Assembly: GCA_964619325.1 (NCBI GenBank)
Contig: CAZUEL010000002.1
Coordinates: 8,276-40,275 of the forward strand
Length of the DNA: 32,000 nucleotides
Source: Candidatus Woesearchaeota archaeon
GTDB taxonomy: Archaea; Nanobdellota; Nanobdellia; UBA10117
Direction: 5' to 3'
A program made the translations under genes and the position numbers. Numbering within the stretch: position 1 is the stretch's first letter; the number at the start of each line of letters is the position of its first letter. Positions 15,305-23,721 of this stretch are shown here, in pieces. The notes beneath the pieces were generated by a model, which was given only the letters and a program-made list of their open reading frames with translations, was not told where the DNA came from and ran no database searches.

Positions 15305-15655
15305 CTAGGCACCACATCCGCTACCACGGAGAGATTCGCCTTTCACTAATACCTCCTTCAAAAGTGCCACCAGGCCTTCCTGCTTGCCGACCTGCCAGCC
15401 TGCAGTTAAACTTTGTAGTTCAGTTGGGTCGCGATAGATCCCGTGTTGTATGGATGCCGGGCTTTCCGCGCTAACACTAACTAATGTGCTCTCGCCGCGA
15501 AAGACAACATTTGGCCCGAGCACTGTTCTACTATCGTACCAAAGCTGCAAGCTTCCAGCAATCGTACGCCAAGGCGTAGCGGTTGTTACGTGCCAGCTGT
15601 CAAATTTTCCGGCTATGCCGCCAGCTTTTTCTAGTTTGTATGTTTCATTTTCCAT
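15305..15655 (-). CDS. hypothetical 116-aa protein
   Basis: ATG 15655 (MENETYKLEKAGG...). No family recognised. GC-richer than its neighbours. Overlaps the wHTH ORF by 11 nt. Confidence 0.55.
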   Translation of the reverse strand: MENETYKLEKAGGIAGKFDSWHVTTATPWRTIAGSLQLWYDSRTVLGPNVVFRGESTLVSVSAESPASIQHGIYRDPTELQSLTAGWQVGKQEGLVALLKEVLVKGESLRGSGCGA

Positions 15656-15806
15656 TTTCAATCCTCCCGTAAGTCTTTTTACGAGTATCAATCCAATCAC
15701 GTCGTTCAGAAATCAGCCCTTGCTTCAGAAGCCAGCCTAGTGCGTATCGAATAGTTCTTTCAGAATAATCTGACCTTAGCTGCAGCTCTGCTTGGGAGGC
15801 TGGCAA
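15645..15806 (-). CDS. small winged-helix DNA-binding protein (start uncertain)
   Basis: My own translation: ...SDYSERTIRYALGWLLKQGLISERRDWIDTRKKTYGRIENGK, typical of a wHTH recognition helix plus wing. The frame is open from 15869 but has no ATG or GTG; the only standard start is TTG 15806. Confidence 0.4.
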   Translation of the reverse strand: MPASQAELQLRSDYSERTIRYALGWLLKQGLISERRDWIDTRKKTYGRIENGK

Positions 15807-15922
15807 TAGTTTCAGAATTAGCGCCGCGGCTTTAGGCAGTACACCGGAAACTTGGGCTAGAAGTAAATACTAAATCTGCCTGTATGCGTTGTTCGCCCAT
15901 AACCAGAAACCGAACCACAGCG

Positions 15923-15930
15923 TTTATAAA
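15923..15930 (+). promoter_or_regulatory. TATA box (tttataaa) for the DUF1858 gene
   Basis: Ends 22 nt upstream of ATG 15952. Confidence 0.55.
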
Positions 15931-15951
15931 TCTTGGGAAAGCGGCAATCTT

Positions 15952-16332
15952 ATGCTTAATCCGTTCAAGAAAGAGCAGCCGCTTACGCCAAGCCAGAAGG
16001 CTGTCCTCGGAATAAAAGACGCGCCAGAACCTGCGCAGAGTGTGGGCGCGCAAGCAGCACAGCAGCTTGGCCAATACGTCACAAAAGATATGATTCTCGG
16101 CGACATAGTTGAAAGATTCCCACAAGCAGTTTTTGTGATGTCTCAATTCGGGCTGCACTGTGTCGGCTGCCACGCAAATGTTTTTGACACGGTGGAGGCT
16201 GGCGCGAAGGCACATGGCATGCCAGATGAAGAAATAAACGAGATGCTGGCTGAGGTGAACAAGGTGATTGCGGACAGCGAGAGGGAAGCCGAGGCAGAGC
16301 TGAATAAATTGAAGGCAGACGAGCAAAAATAG
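15952..16332 (+). CDS. DUF1858 / hybrid-cluster-protein-associated redox-disulfide domain protein
   Basis: TKDMILGDIVERFPQAVFVMSQFGLHCVGCHANVFDTVEAGAKAHGM contains the family CxxC core. Start set to ATG 15952 by promoter spacing. 126 aa. Confidence 0.7.
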   Translation: MLNPFKKEQPLTPSQKAVLGIKDAPEPAQSVGAQAAQQLGQYVTKDMILGDIVERFPQAVFVMSQFGLHCVGCHANVFDTVEAGAKAHGMPDEEINEMLAEVNKVIADSEREAEAELNKLKADEQK

Positions 16333-16334
16333 CC

Positions 16335-16341
16335 TTTTTTT
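16335..16341 (+). terminator. T7 tract after the DUF1858 gene
   Basis: Oligo-T run immediately after the stop codon. Confidence 0.3.
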
Positions 16342-16403
16342 AAAGCATTTATAAACACTTTAAGCGGAAAAACAGCCCTGACGTATGCCGATTTTACTGC
16401 ATG

Positions 16404-16417
16404 GAAAGGCTTAAAAG
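16404..16417 (+). promoter_or_regulatory. BRE/TATA promoter (gaaaggcttaaaag) for the histone-fold/polB operon
   Basis: The aaggcttaaa motif recurs at 23722 and 28432. Predicted TSS is about 16437-16439. Confidence 0.55.
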
Positions 16418-16438
16418 TCCTACCGCCCTCAATTTTAT

Positions 16439-16903
16439 GTGATAGTTATGACAGACGAAATTCAGACACAAGAGCCGCAGTTAGATGCCCAGGAACCTGA
16501 GGAGCAGGCCACAGAGGCAGCGGAAGCTGTGCCAGTGGAGAAGACAGCAGAGGGCGAGGTCCTCCCCTTCCCTAGAGCAAGAGTAGTCTCTATCATGCGC
16601 ACAGAGATCAAGGACAAAATCATTCGCTCAGAGGTAAAAGAGGCGATGAATTTCTGGATCGGCAACTTACTAAAAAGAATTGCAAAAGAGATGAACAACT
16701 CAATGTATGGCTCAGTCAGCATCGCAGACTTTCAAAGGGCAACCAAGCCATATGATATGGTTGAGGACATCGTCAAAGACCAGGAAAGACTGATTGTCAG
16801 CTGCGAGAAATTAAAGCTAGATTCAGACTCCATCCGGAGAGAGATGTTGAGATTCTTTGCTACTATCCGAGGCAAGCCACTGGACGCTGAAACGCAGATG
16901 TGA
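16439..16903 (+). CDS. histone-fold protein (CBF/NF-Y/archaeal-histone-like) with an acidic N-terminal tail and a C-terminal extension
   Basis: LPFPRARVVSIMRTEI..IRSEVKEAMNFWIGNLLKRIAKEM..VSIADFQRA fits the helix-loop-long helix-loop-helix pattern. Start is GTG 16439 or ATG 16448. The TGA stop overlaps the polB ATG. Confidence 0.7.
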   Translation: MIVMTDEIQTQEPQLDAQEPEEQATEAAEAVPVEKTAEGEVLPFPRARVVSIMRTEIKDKIIRSEVKEAMNFWIGNLLKRIAKEMNNSMYGSVSIADFQRATKPYDMVEDIVKDQERLIVSCEKLKLDSDSIRREMLRFFATIRGKPLDAETQM

Positions 16904-19359
16904 TGGCAGCTGAGAAAACAAAGATTCAATTTTATATTTCAGATGTAGACTACGATGCCAGCCAGAACAGCATACGCATTTTCGGCCTGACAAACGACAG
17001 AAAGCGCATAATAATCTTCGACCGGACTTTCAAACCATATTTTTATGCAGTCCTGGCTGATGATGCCGAGCCGGCCAGGGTGCTAGAGCTGCTCAGAACG
17101 ACAAAACTCAACTACCAAGGCGAAGAGGTTAAAATAATCCACGTCAAGCTGGAGGAAAAGCGATTTTTAACAACGGCAGTGAAGGTCATAAAAATTTTTG
17201 CCGAAACACCAAGCCACATTCCAATCTTGCAGGATGCAGTAAAAGAAACCTATGGCATTGCGGCAAGAACAGAGTACGATATAAAATTTTTCAAGCGATA
17301 TTTAGTTGATAAAAACTTAATGCCGCTCGCCCTCGCAGAAGCTACTGTCGAGCCGGGCAGCGCCCGTTTCGATGGCATAGATTATGTTTTCGAAGCGGAG
17401 AGCGTCAAGCAGCTCTCCACAGATGCAGTGCCTAATCTGAAGCTCTTGGCGTTTGATATAGAAACACTTTCTTCCGGCCCGTTCCCACAGCCGAACAAAG
17501 ACCCGATCATAATGATTTCATTCTATGGCTCGGATGGCTTCAAAAAAATCTTGAGCTGGAAAAAGTTCAAGGATGCAGGCAACTATGTCACATTTGTCGA
17601 CTCTGAAATAAATCTTATTGAAGAATTTATAAAAACAATAACGACTTACAAACCAGATTTATTGGTTGGTTACGGCTCTGACAACTTTGACTTTCCCTTC
17701 CTGCAGATTCGGGCGGCGAAATACGGCCTGAACTTGGACATCAGCTGGGCTGGGCTACCGGTTTACATCGGAACCAAAGGCAGATCCGCAGCAAAAACAA
17801 AGGGTTGCCAGCACTTAGATATCTCGCACTTCATCCGAAACATCATGGATTTGCAAACCGAAAGGTACAAATTAGATTCTGTTGCTAAGGAATTACTTGG
17901 CCGCGGAAAATTAGGTGGCGTTGATCCAAAAAACATCGCTGACATCTGGAGTAGCGGTGACGAGGACAGACTGAGAAATCTTGCGGAATACAATCTAGTT
18001 GATTCCGAGCTGGCACTGATGATTACAGAAAAAATCCTGCCGACAGAGATGCAGCTCATGAAATTGCTCGGCCTGCCCCTGTTCGAAATAAATAGGATGA
18101 CTTATGGCCAACTGGTTGAGTGGTATTGCATCCGGAATGCTGCACAGTTTGGCCAGCTCGTGCCACGCAAGCCAAAGAACTGGGAGGTGTTTGAGCGCCG
18201 TAAGACGAGCTATGAAGGCGCATTTGTTGTAAAACCAAAGCCTGGGTTGTACAAAAATATCCACGTGTTTGATTTCAGAAGCCTATACGCTACGATTGCT
18301 GCATCGCACAACATCGGGCCGGATTCTGTGAACTGCTCTTGTTGCGCGGATGATGGGCGGGCAAAAATCGGAAGTGTGCATTTCTGCCAGAAGGAAAAAA
18401 GTTTCTACGCGACTTTGCTTGGCGACTTAGTTGAACGCAGAAAGAGAATCGGTGAGATCCTGAAAACCACGCCGCAGGACGACCCATCGCACCAGGACTT
18501 GATTGCACGCAGGCATGCCCTGAAATATGTTGCCGCATCATTCTACGGCTATCTGGGCTTTGCAGGCTCCCGCTGGTATTCGGTAGACTGCGCACAAACA
18601 ATCACATACTTAGGCAGGAGTTACATTCAAACTGTCATCAAGACCGCGGAGAAGTTCGGCTTTGAAGTGCTTTATGGTGACACAGACTCATTGTTTTTAA
18701 CTTCCAAAGCTGAAGTTGATACAAATAAGTTCTTGGATATTGTTAACTCTGCACTACCGAAACCCATGGAGCTTGAACACAGAGATTCTTTTGCGGCGGG
18801 ATTGTTTTTGGAAGCTAAGGGCAAGGCTGGCGGAGCAAAGAAAAGATATGCATTATTATCTAATTCCGGAAATGTTGTTTTGAAAGGGCTTGAGGCGGTG
18901 CGCGGCGACTGGTCAATGCTGGCAAGGCGGGCGCAACGGACAGCAATTGAACAAATACTGAAGGATGGCTCGCCTGAACAGGCTGCAGCCTTTGTGCAAA
19001 ACATAATCAAGGATGTTCGCAACCGAAAAGTTGATTTGAAGGACCTAGTGATCGAAGTCCGGCTCACTCGGGATTTGAATCGCTATGCGTCTAGGGGGCC
19101 GCATGTTGCTGCTGGCCTGATCGCTGCACAGCGTGGGGAACGAGTCGGCCGCGGAAGTTTAGTTCGGTTTATCGTGAACGCTGGGGCCGGCAAAATCTCC
19201 GACCGAGTTGCCCTGGAAGAAGACGCCACACTGGACAGCTACGATCCAGATTACTACATTGACAACCAGATAATGCGGGCAGTCTTCAAGCTCTTTGAAA
19301 TCTTCAACTACGATGTGAGCAAGCTGAAGGCAGGGCAGGCTACGCTGGGGAGTTTCTAG
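16903..19359 (+). CDS. polB: family B DNA polymerase
   Basis: ExoI FDIET, ExoII NFDFPFL, ExoIII YNLVDSEL, motif A DFRSLYATIA, motif B KYVAASFYGY, motif C YGDTDS. Confidence 0.95.
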   Translation: MAAEKTKIQFYISDVDYDASQNSIRIFGLTNDRKRIIIFDRTFKPYFYAVLADDAEPARVLELLRTTKLNYQGEEVKIIHVKLEEKRFLTTAVKVIKIFAETPSHIPILQDAVKETYGIAARTEYDIKFFKRYLVDKNLMPLALAEATVEPGSARFDGIDYVFEAESVKQLSTDAVPNLKLLAFDIETLSSGPFPQPNKDPIIMISFYGSDGFKKILSWKKFKDAGNYVTFVDSEINLIEEFIKTITTYKPDLLVGYGSDNFDFPFLQIRAAKYGLNLDISWAGLPVYIGTKGRSAAKTKGCQHLDISHFIRNIMDLQTERYKLDSVAKELLGRGKLGGVDPKNIADIWSSGDEDRLRNLAEYNLVDSELALMITEKILPTEMQLMKLLGLPLFEINRMTYGQLVEWYCIRNAAQFGQLVPRKPKNWEVFERRKTSYEGAFVVKPKPGLYKNIHVFDFRSLYATIAASHNIGPDSVNCSCCADDGRAKIGSVHFCQKEKSFYATLLGDLVERRKRIGEILKTTPQDDPSHQDLIARRHALKYVAASFYGYLGFAGSRWYSVDCAQTITYLGRSYIQTVIKTAEKFGFEVLYGDTDSLFLTSKAEVDTNKFLDIVNSALPKPMELEHRDSFAAGLFLEAKGKAGGAKKRYALLSNSGNVVLKGLEAVRGDWSMLARRAQRTAIEQILKDGSPEQAAAFVQNIIKDVRNRKVDLKDLVIEVRLTRDLNRYASRGPHVAAGLIAAQRGERVGRGSLVRFIVNAGAGKISDRVALEEDATLDSYDPDYYIDNQIMRAVFKLFEIFNYDVSKLKAGQATLGSF

Positions 19360-19907
19360 GCTTCGTAAACATAGCCCCAACCAGGCTGCCAACCAGCCTT
19401 TTTCAATCGCCAGTCTTCTTTCATTGCCTGCTGCCAAGTTCTGCCTCTGACGATTACATCAAGCGCTAACTGCGGTGCTTGATGTGCTACAATAGCAATG
19501 TGCTTACCACCAAACTTCTTTACTAAAAAATTCAGGAAGTCGCGCATTCTCGCCTCAACATCCTTATAACTTTCTCCGTTGGAGAATGCCGTATCAATAC
19601 GCTTCAACATTAATGCATGGACTTTTTCTGACAGCGCACCATTCAAGTCACCGTAATTACACTCGCGCAGCCTTTTATCTTGAATTATTTTAACAAATTT
19701 GCCGAACGTTAGATTTGCGGACTCAACCGCGCGCCGTAAATCCGAGCAAAACACAACGTCAAACTTTTTGCCTTTGATTTGCGCTCTCAATTTTATAGAT
19801 TGTGCGATTCCTAGTTTTGAAAGTTCACCGGGCAGCCAGCCAGTCGAGCGGTCTTGTTCATTGTCAGTCGTAGTTCCGTGAACGAAATAAGTTATAATTA
19901 CTTTCAT
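19356..19907 (-). CDS. histidine phosphatase superfamily protein (phosphoglycerate mutase-like)
   Basis: VHGTTTDNE (RHG-type motif with R replaced by V), SDLRRAVESA, RLRECNYGDLNG, GES, VAHQ. Confidence 0.75.
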   Translation of the reverse strand: MKVIITYFVHGTTTDNEQDRSTGWLPGELSKLGIAQSIKLRAQIKGKKFDVVFCSDLRRAVESANLTFGKFVKIIQDKRLRECNYGDLNGALSEKVHALMLKRIDTAFSNGESYKDVEARMRDFLNFLVKKFGGKHIAIVAHQAPQLALDVIVRGRTWQQAMKEDWRLKKAGWQPGWGYVYEA

Positions 19908-19921
19908 TTTGTTTTTTCATC

Positions 19922-19938
19922 AAAAACCTATTTAAATG
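19922..19938. promoter_or_regulatory. bidirectional promoter with a single palindromic TATA (atttaaat)
   Basis: tttaaa at 19931-19936 lies 22 nt from map ATG 19958 and 24 nt from the divergent ATG 19907. Confidence 0.6.
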
Positions 19939-19957
19939 CTTTTACCGAAGGATTGTT

Positions 19958-20851
19958 ATGTACTCCAAATCTGAACTCGACAAACTGATGAAGGCAGGCC
20001 AGATAGCAGCGAAAGCCCGCGAATACGGAAAAACCCTGGTGAAAGAGGGCGCTTCCGTTCTGGAGATCGCAGATAAAATAGAGGCAAAGATGATTGAGCT
20101 GGGTGGCCAGCCTGCGTTCCCGACAGATGTTTCGATTAATGAGATGGCTGCACACCACTGCCCCGCGTTCGGCGAAAAAACAATTCTGAAAAAAGGTGAC
20201 CTGGTAAAACTAGATTTAGGCGCACACATTGATGGATACATGTCCGACACCGCGGTCACGATCTCGGTTGGAAATGTAAAGGAGGATTTACTGCTGATAA
20301 AAGCTGTCGAAGATGCACTTGCTGCTGCAATTAAATTAGCAACACCGGGCCGCGAAGTTTGGGAAATCGGCAAGGCCATCCAGGACACAATCACAAAGGC
20401 CGGCTTCGCTCCAATCCGGAACTTATCGGGCCACTTGATACAAAGGCATGACCTGCACTCGGACATCACAATTCCAAACACAAACAACCGGAACAAAACA
20501 AAACTGGAGGACGGCATGGTAATCGCAATCGAGCCATTCGCAACACCCGGCGACGGCTTGGTCAATGATGTCCGCGAGTTCCAAGTTTTCCGCGTTAAGA
20601 ACGTAAAAAATATGCGCACCAACCGCGACGTTTTAGAATTTGTTTTAGATACTTACGAAACAATGCCGTTCTGCGCACGCTGGCTCATCAAAAAGTTTGG
20701 CGTGCTGAAAACCAATCTCGCTCTGAAGGAAATGGTTGCGAAAGGGATTCTGCACGAGTACACTGGCCTCAAAGAAATTTCAGAAAAAAACGCAGCGCAG
20801 GCCGAACATACTATCATCATCGGCCAGACACCGGTTGTTACAACAGCTTAG
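19958..20851 (+). CDS. map: methionine aminopeptidase, type 2 (archaeal)
   Basis: 297 aa. FPTDVSINEMAAHH, DLGAHIDGYMSDTA, GHLIQRHDLH, IEPFAT and AQAEHTIII, plus the type-2 helical insert. Confidence 0.95.
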   Translation: MYSKSELDKLMKAGQIAAKAREYGKTLVKEGASVLEIADKIEAKMIELGGQPAFPTDVSINEMAAHHCPAFGEKTILKKGDLVKLDLGAHIDGYMSDTAVTISVGNVKEDLLLIKAVEDALAAAIKLATPGREVWEIGKAIQDTITKAGFAPIRNLSGHLIQRHDLHSDITIPNTNNRNKTKLEDGMVIAIEPFATPGDGLVNDVREFQVFRVKNVKNMRTNRDVLEFVLDTYETMPFCARWLIKKFGVLKTNLALKEMVAKGILHEYTGLKEISEKNAAQAEHTIIIGQTPVVTTA

Positions 20852-20869
20852 TTTTAATTAAAAATAAAG

Positions 20870-20989
20870 CTACTCTTCCTCGTCCCCGTCTTCGTCGCCG
20901 CCTTCATCACCATCATCATCGTCTTCGATGTCTTCGTCGGCGTCATCGTCGTCTTCTTCTTGTAGTTTTATCACATCTATTTCAGACAT
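20870..20989 (-). CDS. 39-aa polyacidic peptide (MSEIDVIKLQEEDDDDADEDIEDDDDGDEGGDEDGDEEE)
   Basis: GGAGGT lies 6 nt upstream of the ATG. Its own TATA at 21028-21037 gives a ~20-nt leader. Confidence 0.5.
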   Translation of the reverse strand: MSEIDVIKLQEEDDDDADEDIEDDDDGDEGGDEDGDEEE

Positions 20990-21027
20990 TGTAGACCTCC
21001 AGGTCTTGTTCTTTCCCGAATCCACCC

Positions 21028-21037
21028 ATATTTAAAG
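21028..21037 (-). promoter_or_regulatory. TATA box (ctttaaatat) for the polyacidic micro-ORF
   Basis: Predicted TSS near 21009, upstream of the SD and ATG 20989. Confidence 0.45.
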
Positions 21038-21056
21038 TTATCGCTGCTAAAACATA

Positions 21057-23327
21057 TTAACTGAGATATTCTGGTGCAGACGCTGTATTTTTCTTTACCG
21101 ATGCGAGCGCAGCGACGTATTTTTCGGTCTCCGCTTTTGATAGAGAGGGCTTGCGGTCTTCCAGCGCCTTTTCAAAATTTTTCATTGTTACTTGTTTCGC
21201 TTTGATGTTCTCTCTCAGTGCGAGCATTGCGGCTTCCCTGCAGATCGCTTCGATGTCCGCGCCAGAGTAGCCCGCCGTCTTGAGCGCAATTTCATCTAGG
21301 TCGATGTCCTTTGCCAGCGGCATTTTTGCGGTGTGGATTTTCAAAATCTCTAAACGAGTTTTCTGCTCTGGCGGCGTAGTCAATATGTGTCTGTCAAATC
21401 GTCCTGGGCGCAGGATTGCTGAATCCAGAAGCTCTGGCCTGTTGGTTGCTGCAATCACGACAACATCAGTTAGGTCTTCGAGGCCGTCCATCTCTGTCAA
21501 GAGCTGATTGACAACTGTTTCTGTTGCTTTTGAAACTGAACTTGCGGTCCGCTTGCTTGCCATCGAGTCAATTTCGTCAAAGAAAATTATACATGGCGCT
21601 ACCTGGCGTGCCTTTTTGAAAATGTCCCTGACAGCTTTTTCTGATTCGCCGACCCACTTGCTCAACAGTTCAGGACCTTTTATCGAGATAAAGTTTGCTT
21701 CTGACTCTGTCGCGACTGCTTTTGCTAACAAAGTTTTTCCGCAGCCGCTTGGGCCGTACAAGAGAATTCCGCGTGGTGGCCTGATACCCATTCGCTTGAA
21801 AACTTCTGGCTGTTTTAATGGCCACTCGACTGCTTCCTTCAGCTCCTGCTTTGCAAGTTCTAAGCCGCCGACTTCAGTCCACTTTACTTTCGGCTGTTCT
21901 ATCAGAACTTCGCGCATCGCGCTCGGCCTGACTAATTTGAGTGCTTCTTTGAAATCTGATTTGTAAACTATTAATTTTTCTAGTATTTCTTTCGGAATCG
22001 CTTCATCGTCTTTGAAATTAAACTGTGGCAGCACCCTTCGTAGAACTGACATTGCTGCTTCCTTACACAGGCCTTCTGCATCCGCGCCGACAAAGCCGTG
22101 TGTGACATCGGCAAGCTCTTTCAGATCAACATCATCAGCGAGCGGCATATTTCTTGTATGAATTTTCAAAATCTCTAGCCTGCCTTCCTTGTTCGGCACG
22201 CCAATCTCTATCTCGCGGTCAAATCTGCCGCCGCGCCTGAGCGCTGGGTCCAATGCCTCTGGCCTGTTGGTCGCTGCAATTACTATAACTTTGCCGCGCG
22301 CCTTCAGGCCGTCCATCGAGGCCAACATCTGCGCGACAACTCTGCGCTCGACCTCGCCGTATGATTCCTCTCGCTTTGGCGCGATCGCATCAATCTCGTC
22401 GATGAATAAAATTGCGGGCGCGTTCTTCTCCGCTTCTGCAAATAAATCTCTTAGCTTTTTCTCTGCCTCGCCAACAAACTTGGACATTATCTCCGGGCCG
22501 TTCAGCGAGATGAACGTTGCATTTGACTCGTTTGCGACTGCCTTTGCCAGCAACGTCTTGCCTGTGCCTGGCGGGCCATACAACAGCACTCCCTTGGGCG
22601 GCTGTATCCCTAGTCTTTCAAAAATCTCTGGGTGTTTAAGCGGGAGTTCAATCATCTCGCGGACTTTCTTTACTTCTTCTTGCAGGCCACCAATATCTTC
22701 GTAAGAAACATCCGGGACTTTTTCCTCTTTCAGCTCGACCGCTTCCGGAAGGATTTCGAGTTCTGTATCCTCTGTAATTAAGACTGTTTCTTTCGGGCTT
22801 GTTGACACCACCACAAATTTGAGGTCGGTGAACATACCAGTGGTGATGTCTTCCATCGCGCCGAACAATTCGCTGACGTCACCAAATGGCGAAAAAGTCA
22901 TTCTCTGCCTTCGCCTTGGGCCACCCAACGCTATGATGTCGCCTTTCACAACTGGCCGGCTCATCAGGTAACGCTTGAAAACCTGCGGCGGCATCTGGAT
23001 AAAAATGCCTTTCTGGACTGGCGCGATCGCGACTGACTTTGCTGCCTTTAGCTCGGCTGGCTTCACGTTTACGTACTCGCCGATTGAGGTGCCGGCATTC
23101 CTTCTTGTAATTCCATCGACTCGAACGATCGCTGCGCCGATGTCCGCGGGGTATGCCCTTGCGGCTATTGCTACTGATTTTTTGGCGCCAGATATTTCGA
23201 CAACCGTGCCGTGCTGGATGCCAAGTTCTTTCATAATCTGAGAATCTATTCGGGCTATGCCTCTTTGAACATCATCTTGCATAGCTTCTGCTACCTTCAG
23301 CTTTAGCTCGCGAGGCTTTTCTGCCAT
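21057..23327 (-). CDS. cdc48: CDC48/VCP-like AAA+ ATPase
   Basis: CDC48 N-domain plus two AAA modules (GPPGTGKT and GPSGCGKT Walker A; DEID Walker B in each). Start set to ATG 23327 by TATA spacing. 756 aa. Confidence 0.95.
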   Translation of the reverse strand: MAEKPRELKLKVAEAMQDDVQRGIARIDSQIMKELGIQHGTVVEISGAKKSVAIAARAYPADIGAAIVRVDGITRRNAGTSIGEYVNVKPAELKAAKSVAIAPVQKGIFIQMPPQVFKRYLMSRPVVKGDIIALGGPRRRQRMTFSPFGDVSELFGAMEDITTGMFTDLKFVVVSTSPKETVLITEDTELEILPEAVELKEEKVPDVSYEDIGGLQEEVKKVREMIELPLKHPEIFERLGIQPPKGVLLYGPPGTGKTLLAKAVANESNATFISLNGPEIMSKFVGEAEKKLRDLFAEAEKNAPAILFIDEIDAIAPKREESYGEVERRVVAQMLASMDGLKARGKVIVIAATNRPEALDPALRRGGRFDREIEIGVPNKEGRLEILKIHTRNMPLADDVDLKELADVTHGFVGADAEGLCKEAAMSVLRRVLPQFNFKDDEAIPKEILEKLIVYKSDFKEALKLVRPSAMREVLIEQPKVKWTEVGGLELAKQELKEAVEWPLKQPEVFKRMGIRPPRGILLYGPSGCGKTLLAKAVATESEANFISIKGPELLSKWVGESEKAVRDIFKKARQVAPCIIFFDEIDSMASKRTASSVSKATETVVNQLLTEMDGLEDLTDVVVIAATNRPELLDSAILRPGRFDRHILTTPPEQKTRLEILKIHTAKMPLAKDIDLDEIALKTAGYSGADIEAICREAAMLALRENIKAKQVTMKNFEKALEDRKPSLSKAETEKYVAALASVKKNTASAPEYLS

Positions 23328-23347
23328 AGCTTGTAAAAGGAGAGGCA

Positions 23348-23357
23348 CTTTTATATG
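23348..23357 (-). promoter_or_regulatory. TATA box (catataaaag) for cdc48
   Basis: tataaa ends 22-23 nt upstream of ATG 23327. Confidence 0.55.
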
Positions 23358-23438
23358 CCTGTCGTGTGGATGCCCACATACAATAAGTTCACGGCTAAAA
23401 TTGGCTGAAAGCGATGTATATGGATTTATATATGTGGA

Positions 23439-23681
23439 TTATTTTAGCCTTGTTCGTCTTGATTTAGAAGATACTGTTACTAACATCTCCGGCGCACGTT
23501 CCTGCGCATATTCTGTGGCAAGCCTTTCAAAACCCAAATCTAAAAGCGTGCGGACTAAATTTCTGGATGCATCTTGGTCGGCTTCTGCTCTAACTCGGCG
23601 CATGTATTCTGCCTTCTTTGCCTTAACTGTGGCTAGCTGGTTGTAGTGCTTCATGTAGGCCAGCTTATTTTGAGATGCCAT
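23439..23681 (-). CDS. hypothetical 80-aa helical, basic protein
   Basis: tttaaa at 23703-23708 lies exactly 22 nt upstream of ATG 23681. No family recognised. Confidence 0.5.
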   Translation of the reverse strand: MASQNKLAYMKHYNQLATVKAKKAEYMRRVRAEADQDASRNLVRTLLDLGFERLATEYAQERAPEMLVTVSSKSRRTRLK

Positions 23682-23700
23682 AGTTTTTACTAATAAAATA

Positions 23701-23710
23701 GGTTTAAATA
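23701..23710 (-). promoter_or_regulatory. TATA box (tatttaaacc) for the 23681 gene
   Basis: 22-nt spacing to the ATG. Confidence 0.5.
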
Positions 23711-23721
23711 GATTGCGGGAG

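Noticed and set aside
15785-15806. cccaagcagagctgcag in the wHTH ORF resembles the element's 5' end (cccaagccgagcagagct)
   Set aside because: It needs a 4-nt gap, and it lacks the central palindrome, the second hairpin and the closing cttggg.
19942-20622. Long antisense ORFs: the 226-aa ORF opposite map, plus similar ones at 21508-21966 and 22189-22704 opposite cdc48, 15832-16326 opposite the DUF1858 gene, 26378-26869 opposite topA and 8500-8976 opposite the flippase
   Set aside because: In each case the opposite strand encodes a protein with clear family motifs. The antisense products are low-complexity (S/A/R/C-rich), match no recognisable family and have no promoter at the -22 position.
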